IMG/VR virus record: IMGVR_UViG_3300015615_001160
Span: 1-18,525 of that record
DNA length: 18,525 nt
From: a virus
Taxonomy: Duplodnaviria; Heunggongvirae; Uroviricota; Caudoviricetes
Direction: 5' to 3' (one strand)
This document shows positions 8,501 to 17,500 of this stretch, piece after piece. The notes beneath the pieces are model-generated. The model saw only the letters and a list, made by a program, of their open reading frames with translations. It did not search any database and had not been told where the DNA came from. Within the stretch, counting starts at the first letter, position 1. Each line of letters starts with the position of its first letter. Position numbers and translations under genes: made by a program.

Positions 8501-11500
8501 CCTCGGGCCGGGCGTCGATGCGGTGATCAATATCGACCCGATCGACAGCACGACCACGAACCTGACCCTTGGCACCACCTGGACGCGCGCGGCCGGTTCG
8601 ACCCTGCATATTAATTACCTTCCCGGCACGGGCGTGGCCTCGATGACCACCAGCGGACCCGTCAGCGGTTCCGGCGGGCCGACCGGCTCGAATGGCGTGC
8701 TCGGTTATGCGACCCTGACCGACGCGGCCGGCGTGACCCGCATGGCGCGGATCGATGGCGGCAACAACCTTGCCCACTTCGACTCGTCCTCCGCGACCGA
8801 CCTCGCGGACAACAGCGACGATGCGGCGATCGACTACACTTCGCTCAACAGCGGCGCTCTGCTCAACTGGTCGAATGGTATCTCCAATCGTTCGGTCAAT
8901 TCGCTGATCGTCGATACGGCGAACGGTGCGCAAACGATCAATATGGGCGCGGCCGGCAATAAGCTGACCATCACCAGCGGCGCGATCCAATTCCTCGGTG
9001 CGGACAATGGCACGCTCACGGGCGGCCAGGTGGGCGCGGACGATTCGGAAGTGATCGTGCACCAGAACGGCGCGGGCACGTTCACCATCGGCAGCCTCCT
9101 CAGCAGCGGCACGGGCAGCCTCATCAAGACCGGCGCGGGCACGCTCGTGCTCTCCGGCGCGAATTCCTACTCGGGCGCGACGACGGTCAACGGCGGCATC
9201 CTGCGCGCCGGCTCGAGCACGGCGTTCGGTGTGAACTCCGCCGCGACGGTCGCGGCGGGCGGCACGCTCGACATCGGTGGCTTCAACGTGGCGGTCCGCT
9301 CGCTCAACGCCGCCGGCGACGTCGCGCTGACCAATGGCGGCACCCTGAGCGTGGGTGGCGCGTATTCGATCGGCAATACCCAGGGCGTCCTCGGGCGCAG
9401 CACGATCAGCGGCCTCATTTCCGGCACGGGCAACCTCTCCGTGAACGGCGGCACTACGCTGACGCTGACGAACAACAGCAACAGCTTCTCCGGCCAGACG
9501 AACGTCAATCACGGCACGCTGGTAATTAGTAACATGGGCCAGCTCGGCACGGGCTCGGCACCGCTCGTCGTGGGCGGCCAGGCCAGCCTGGGCGGCCTGC
9601 CGAACGGCCAGTTGATCGTGCAGGGCGGCGCGTCCGGCATCACCACCGATCGCGACCTGACCATCCAGGGCCGCGGCCCGAATACAATCGGCAATGCGTT
9701 GGTTAGCATCGGCAACAACACCTTCAATGGTATTGTGACCACGGGCACGTTCACGGAGACCCGCATCACCTCCGCGGCCGGCACTCTTACGTTCGGCAGC
9801 GATAGCGTCGTGAACATCGGCCAGAACACTGGCATGAACGACAGCTTCCTGGCGGTCAACGCCGGGAACATCGTCATCGACGGCTTCATCACCGGCGGCT
9901 TCTTCGGCACGGCCACGGCCGCCCCGAACCGCAGCTTCCGCAAGGCGGGTGGCGTGATCGCCAGCTCGCTCATCCTGACGAACAACAACAACAATTTCGT
10001 TGGCGACTTCTACCTCGACGGCGGCAATCTGCGCCTTTCGCACGGCGGCCAGCTCGGCCAGAGCGTGGGTGCGAGCACCAGCGTGCTGCGCGGCACGGGC
10101 GGCACCTACGAAATCCGCACCGACGCTCCGACGAGCTTCGCGAACCGCAACGTGTCCACCCAGGACGGCAACCAGAACTTCTTCGTGGATCGCGCCGCGA
10201 CGGGGGCCGGCGGCTTCGGCGTGGTGCAGGCGGACGGCTCGGGCGTGCTGGGCTACGCCAGCGCCGCTGGCAACGTGACCTTCGGCAACCTGGTCTTCGG
10301 CACGACGGGGGGTAACCTGACACGTTCGCTCACCTTCACCGGCCGCAACGGCTACGGCATCTCCTTCTCCGGTTCCACCGGCACATTCCCGCAGCTCCTG
10401 ACGCTCACCAACAACCTTTCCGGCGGTCTCCTGACGCTGAATACCTCGATCACCTTCGGTGAAGGCACCACGCGCACGCTGACGATTGGCGGTGCCGCCG
10501 ACACCCTGCTTACCGGTTATATCCTGAGTGCCGGCAGCGGGTCGCATTCCTTCACCAAGACGGGTGCGGGCACGCTGGTGATGACCGGCGAAAACACCTC
10601 CACGGCCAGCGCCAGCACGTATACGGCGAGCACGAACGTCAACGACGGCACGCTCCGCCTCACCGGCAGCATCAACAGCATCCTGAGCGGTCTCAACGGT
10701 GCGCTTCAGCTCAACAACGGCGCGTTCGATTACCGCGGCGCGGGCGAAAGCACGGCCAAGGTGCTCAACCAGTCGGGCACCACGGGCAATGCGATCGTTC
10801 TCGCGAACGGCACCGGTGCGCTCGAATTCACCAGTGCGGTGGCGGCGGGGCAGACGGGTGCGAAAACCTTGTTCCTCGGCGGCGCAAGCACGGACGCCAA
10901 CACCATCGGCGGCGTGATTATCGGTGACGGCGCGGTGGCCAAGGTCGGAGCGGGCACCTGGCTCTATGAGCCGGCTGCCGCGACTTATAGCACGGTTCAG
11001 AATCCCACCATGGCCAGTGGTGGTGGTGCGAACGGGCGCACTTTTGTGGTGTCGAGTGCCGCCGGCATCGTGATCGGTTCCCGCGTTACCGGCGCGGGTG
11101 CGCCTACGGGCTCCGTCGTGACCGGCATCAGCGGCAACACGATCACCATCAGCAATGCCATTGGGACGACAATGACCACCGGCGGCACGCTCACGTTTGC
11201 GGCCAATGCCAATTTCACCGGCAACGTCACCGTGGCCGGCGGCACCCTGCGCATCAGCCCGACGGCGACGAGCGGCAATGGTTCGGATGTCATCAACAAC
11301 ACCAGCCAGCTCATCTTCAATACCGATACCCTCACGGCCAATGGTTCCGCCGGCGGCACGTTCGAGTATCGCGGCCTGACCGGCGCGCCGACAGAGGTGC
11401 TCGGCAACCTCACGCCGACCGCGGGTCATGGCGTGGTGAAGATCGACGCGAATGGCGCGGCGTCGCCGACGCTCAACTTTGCTTCCCTCGTCGCGCGCGG

Positions 11501-14500
11501 CGCGGGGGCGACGGTCAACTTCCAGCCGGCTTCGGTCGGCGGCATCCAGTTCGCCACGGTGCCGACCACCGCCTCGAACGGGATGCTCAGCGGCTACGCC
11601 TACATCACCGACCCGACCACGGGGGCGATCGATTACGTGGCGACCCCGGCGATCAACACGAACATCGCCGCCCTCGGCGCGGCGACGGCGCTGCCGACGA
11701 CAGGTGCAACCGGCACGATCAATTACGTCAACACTGGCGCGCTGACGACCACCACGGCGCAGGCGGTCAACTCGCTGCGCATCGTCGGCAATGGCCAGAC
11801 CATCACCCTCGGTGGCGGACTCACGGTTACTTCGACCAGCGCCAACGTGCTGGGCGGCATCCTGCACGACAACGCGACCGGCGGCGCGACGATTGCCGGC
11901 GCGAACATCGCTCCCTCGACGAACAACCAGGAAATCGTCATCATCACCGGCGGCGCTTCTCTCACCCCGGACATCGATGCGCTAACCATCAGTTCCCTCA
12001 TCGGCGGCACGGGGACGGCCGTGCTCTCCCCGCTGACCAAGGCGGGCAAGGGCACCCTCATCCTCGCTGGCACGAGCACCCGCACCGGTCTGTTCACGAT
12101 CAACGAAGGCGTCGTGCAACTGAGCGGCAGCGGCCAGCTCAGCGGTGCGAATGCCCCGCTGACCATTCGCCAGAACGGCACGCTCGACATCAACGGCATC
12201 CCGACCGGCACCTCGATCGGCACGCTCAACGGCGCGGGCACGATCACGAACAGTGGTGGCTCCGCCCAGATCACCGTCGGCAACGGCACGACCGCCGGCA
12301 CGACCGGCGTCTTCTCGGGCATCATGCAAAACGGCGCGGGCCAGTTGAACCTCCGCCTGACGAATGCCTCGACCACCGGCACCACGCTGCTGGCTCTCAC
12401 GGGCCTGAACACCTTCACCGGCGCGACCACCATCGAAAACACGGCGGCCGGCACCGTGGTCCTCGATGCCAACCTCCTCGGCAACATCGGCCAGCCGAGC
12501 AGCATCGGTGCGGGCGATGCGACCGACGACGTGACCAACGCCGCGAGCCTCATCTTCAATGGCACCGGCACCGGCCTCGCCGTGTTGCGGTATACCGGCG
12601 CCTCGTCCCAGATCTACCAGACGACGCAATCGCCTACGGTTCTCACAAACCGCCTCTTCACGCTCAATGGCAACGGCGCGATCGATTCCTCGCCGGGCTA
12701 TGGTGCAGAACAGATCACGGCCCTCGCGAACAACAACGCCGCGCTCGTCTTCACCAACACGGGCGACATCGTGCTCGGACCCGGCACCAAGACCCTCACT
12801 TTGCAGGGCGTCTCGACGTCCGACAACGAGATCCGCATCCGCCTGACGGATGTGCCCGGCTCCACGCTCAACCTCACCAAGGCGGCGGCAGGCTTGTGGA
12901 ATCTGAACCCGGCCACGGCCAACGATTACGAAGGCTTCACCCTCATCAGCGGCGGTCAGTTGCAGGCGGTGGAAGATGTCAATGTGAACGGTGGCGTCGT
13001 GGGCATCTCGACGGGCAGCAACCTCCGCCTCGCGGGCGGTGTGTTCCAGTCGCTCGGCGCGCAGACTTTCGACCGTGGCATCGGCCTTGGGCCGGGCTTG
13101 GTGGCGTGGACCGGCGCGGCCGGCACGGAAGCGAGCCAAAGCGGCGGTTTCGCGGGCGGCACCGGCAAACTGACGGTGAACTTCGGCGGCACCGGCTCCA
13201 CGGTGAGCTTTGGCCAGCCCAGCGGCCTGGGCAGCGGCATCGGCAACGGCACCGGCACCCTGATCCTGAACTCCGGCACCGCGTTGTCGGAAGTCGAAAT
13301 CGTCAACGGCCTCAACCTGAACGGCGCGCTCCGCACTATCCAGGTCGATGACAACGCGACCGCGACGACGGATTTTGCCACGATCTCGGGCGTGATTACC
13401 GGCATCGGTGGTCTGAACCGCACGGGCGCCGGCACGCTGTATCTCACCGGCGCGAACGACTACTCCGGTCCGACCACCTTGGGGGGGGGCAATACGTTTG
13501 TGAGCTCAATCGGTGGTGGCTCGACCGCCACGAGTGCTTTCGGCGATGGCTCGGGTGCGCTGAACCTTGGCGCCAATGCCAACCTGTTTTATACGGGCTT
13601 GGGCGAAAACGTACAGCGACAGATCAACATTACTGGAACGCCCGTTCGCCTCGACAGCTCTGGTAGCGGCCCGCTGATCATCAACAGCCTCATCAATGCG
13701 GCGGCGGGGGCGAAGACACTGATCATTGGCGGTTCCTACAGCGGCGACAACGAACTCAAGGCCAACCTCGCGGACAGCGGCGGTGCGTTCACCCTCACCA
13801 AGGACGGCGGCAGCACCTGGATCATTTCCGGTGCAAACACCTACGCCGGCAACACGAACGTCAACTCCGGCTTCCTCGCCATCCCGACCACCAGCGTTGG
13901 GACGGGGATCAATCCGCTCGGCACCGGCACGCTCGTCTTCAGCAACGGTGGCATCATCGCGATGAATTCCGGCGGATTGACCGTGACCCAGCCGGTTCAG
14001 GTCCAAAACGACGCGTCGGCCGTTTTCAGCGGCGCGAATTCGATCGCGCTGACCAACAACTTCACGCTGCAGGGTAACTCGATCAATGTCAGTAACGCCA
14101 TCGCTTCGCCTGGCACGCTGACCATTTCCGGCCTCATTCAACAAGGCGCTGCGCAGACGACGGTCCGCGCGATTACCTTCCTCGGCACGGGCAATACGAT
14201 CCTCAGCGGGATCATCGGGGGATCCGCGGCGAATACCGCGAACCTGACGCCGACGTTCAATACCTCGGGCACGGTGACCATCACCGGAGGCTCGCCGAAC
14301 GTTTTCGCGTCCGGCTTCAACATCACCCAGGGCACTATCTTCGCCAACAAGGTGGGAGCGCTGGGCACCGGCACGGGCACGTTCACCTTTGCCGGCGGCA
14401 TCCTCAATGCCGGCGTGCCTTTCACCGGCACCAATTCGATCCTCAACCCGCTCATCGACCTCACGGCCACGGGCGCGGCGGCGTTTGCTGGGTCGAACTC

Positions 14501-17500
14501 GATCGAGCTCGCCGGCGTCGTGCGCAACAACAACGCCGACCGCACCCTATTCAACAACATTTCCAGCGGCACGCTGCATATCGGCCAGTTCCAGCTCTCG
14601 CAGGACACGAACCCGCGTTCCTTCACCTTGATGGGCAGCGGCAATACGACGCTCGGTGGCCAGATCGTCAACGGCAGCACGCTCACTACCGGCGCGAGCA
14701 ACTTCACCTATCGCGGCAACGGCAGCCTGACCTTCGGGGCGGGTGCGACCACCGCGGCGACCTTTGCCACGACCAGTGGCAGCGCCTCGGTCACGACCGG
14801 TTCGACCACGGGCCTGACCGTCGGCATGACGGTGACCGGCACGGGCATCCCGGCGGGCGCGTTCGTTTCGCGCATCCTGAGTGCCAATAGCTTCCTCCTG
14901 TCCGCGAACACGACAGCGACGAACGCGACCAATAACCTGGGCTTCAACGGCGGTTCATTCTTCACCGGCGCTCTCAACGTGCAATCGGGTACGGTGAGCT
15001 CCATCGACGGCGGCTCGATCGGTGCGGTCGGCACCTTGTCCGTCAGCCCCACGGCGACGTTCAACTTCGACAACAGCACGGTGCCGACCAACCCGGCAGC
15101 GGTCAACTTCAACACGACCAGCGGCAACACGACGGTGACCACTGGTTCGACGGTCGGCCTGACACCCGGCATGACGGTGACCGGCGCGGGCATCCCGGCC
15201 CGTGCGGTGGTCACGCAGGTCCGCGACGGCACCAGCTTCGTGATCTCGGTGGCCCCGACGGCGACCACCGCGGCCACGCCGCTGAGCTTCGCCTTCAACC
15301 GCCTCGGTGGTCGCCCGGTGACGCTCGCCCACGCCGCGTTCAACGTGACGGGCAACACCCTGGCCCGCTCGGAAATCGGCGGCAACCTCACGATCAACAG
15401 CGGTCTCTCGACCATCGACATCGACCCGAACGGCGGCGCCGGGGTCAGCCTCGAGCTCGGCACGTTCGCGCTCGGCACGGGCGGCGCGGTGGACTTCACC
15501 GGCACGCTCGGCACGGCGGCGAACAAGATCACCTTCACCGCGGCTCCGGCGCTGTTGCCGGCCAATACGGGCATCATCGCCCGCGGCCTGGTGAATGGGA
15601 ACGACTTCGCGACCTACAACAACACCGGCCTCACCACGAACACGAACGGGGTGCAGGCGTTTGCCGCGTATAACAACACCACTCTGCCTTCGGCCACCAC
15701 CAGCGGCAATACGACCGTGACCGTGACCAGCACGGCGGGCCTGACCCCTGGCATGGCGGTGTATGGCCCCGGCATTCCGGCGGGCGCGACCGTTGCCACC
15801 ATCATCTCCTCGGGCCTCTTCACCCTCTCGGCGGCGCCGACGACCACGGCGGCGGCGGGCATCCTCACCTACGGCACGGGCACCCTCGCGGACATCAATC
15901 TCACGAGCGGCGGCGACACGCTGCACATCGACAGCGGCTACGGTGCGGACGACATCAATGGCAACCGCACCATCAACGCGCTGAAGCTCACCGACGCGAC
16001 CGATCGTGAACTCGGCATCACCGGCGGGCAGAACGGCCAGCTCACGCTGACCTCGGGCGGTCTCATCGTGCAGGGTGGCGATCACTCGATCACCGTCCCG
16101 CGCATCGGTCTCGGCGCCGAAGCGGGCCTCCATGTGGCGAGCGGTTCGTCGCTCGACATCGCCGGTTCGATCGTTTCCGCCCAGAGCGTGACTAAGACGC
16201 AGGGCGGCGCGCTGACCTTCTCGGCGCCGCAATACTTCTCCGGCACGCTCACGCTGAGCGGCGGCACCACCACACTCGATGGCGGCCACAATACCATCTT
16301 CAACTCGGAAGCGTCCTCGACCATCCTGACGGTGAACGCCGGCGCGGTGCTCGATCTCAACGGCACGAACGCGTTTGTCCGCACCCTCAGCGGTGGCGTG
16401 GCGCCCGGCACCGGCGGCACGATCCAGAACGGCGGCTCGGCCTCGACGCTGACCGTCCGCATGGCAGCCGACGGCATCTGGGCGGGCGGCATCAATGGCC
16501 CGATCTCCTTCGTTCGCACGGGCGGCAGCACGCTGACCATGATGAACGCGAACGCGTATGATGGCGCGACGGCCTTGTTCGGCGGCGTGACCACGCTGCG
16601 CGACAACGCCACGCTGCTCAATACCCCGAGCCTCGCGATCAACTACGGCACGCTGACGATCGACAACAACGCGGGCAACGCGATCGACATCGCCAACCGC
16701 ATCAACGACGCGGCGCCGATCTCGATGCGCGGCGGCATCATCACCTTCCAGAGCCGCGTCAACAACTTCTCGACGGAGACGCTCGGGGCGCTCAGCCTCC
16801 TCGAGGGCGCCAACCGCGTGACTTCGACCAACAGCGTCACGGGCGCCTACGGCACCGCCGACCTGACCTTCGCGAGCTTCTCGCGCGCGGGCACCGGCAC
16901 GACGATCAACTTCACCGGCAGCAACCTCGGCGGCATTGGCAGCGTGGCGCGCATCATGTTCACCGACCCGGCTGGGCTCAACGTGAACGCGGGTTATGTG
17001 CTGCCGGTCTGGGCGGTCGCCAACAACTCCGATTACGCGGGCTACAACGCCACGACCGGCGTGGGCGCGCTCAACTCCTCCGGCTTCGTCGGCTACGATG
17101 CCGGCTACATGGCGGGCGGCAGCCCGCAAGGCTTCGGCCCCGGCAAGATCACGAACGTCTTCCAAGGCGCCCAAAACGGCACGCTGACGCTCTCCGCCGT
17201 CACCACCGAGACGGGGCGTCTGCGCCTCGCCGGCGCGTTCCAGAGCAGCATCGCCTTCACCGATGAAGACAACACGCTCGTCCTCCAGGACGGCGGTCTG
17301 CTCCGCAGCGATACCAACGCGGCGTCGGTCATCGGCACGACGGACATTCGCGGCAAGCTGACCACCGGCACGAGCAATCCGGAACTGATCGTTTACAACA
17401 ACAACGTCGGCACGACGAACTTCGCCGGTGGCGCGACCACCCAGGGTTCGGCGACGATCACGATGACCAGCACCACGGGCCTGGTCCCCGGCATGATCAT

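Noticed and set aside
9981-9995. (AAC)4-AAT run encoding five Asn
   Set aside because: Short in-frame triplet run in an Asn-rich protein; slippage would not shift the frame.
6747-11867. 1706-aa minus-strand ORF, and similar ones at 11982-13139, 13506-14144 and 14955-17747
   Set aside because: These are the exact codon-mirror frame of the giant plus-strand gene. They stay open because TTA/CTA/TCA codons are rare in high-GC sense DNA, and their ends coincide with such codons. The R/A/G/D-rich translations have no motifs.
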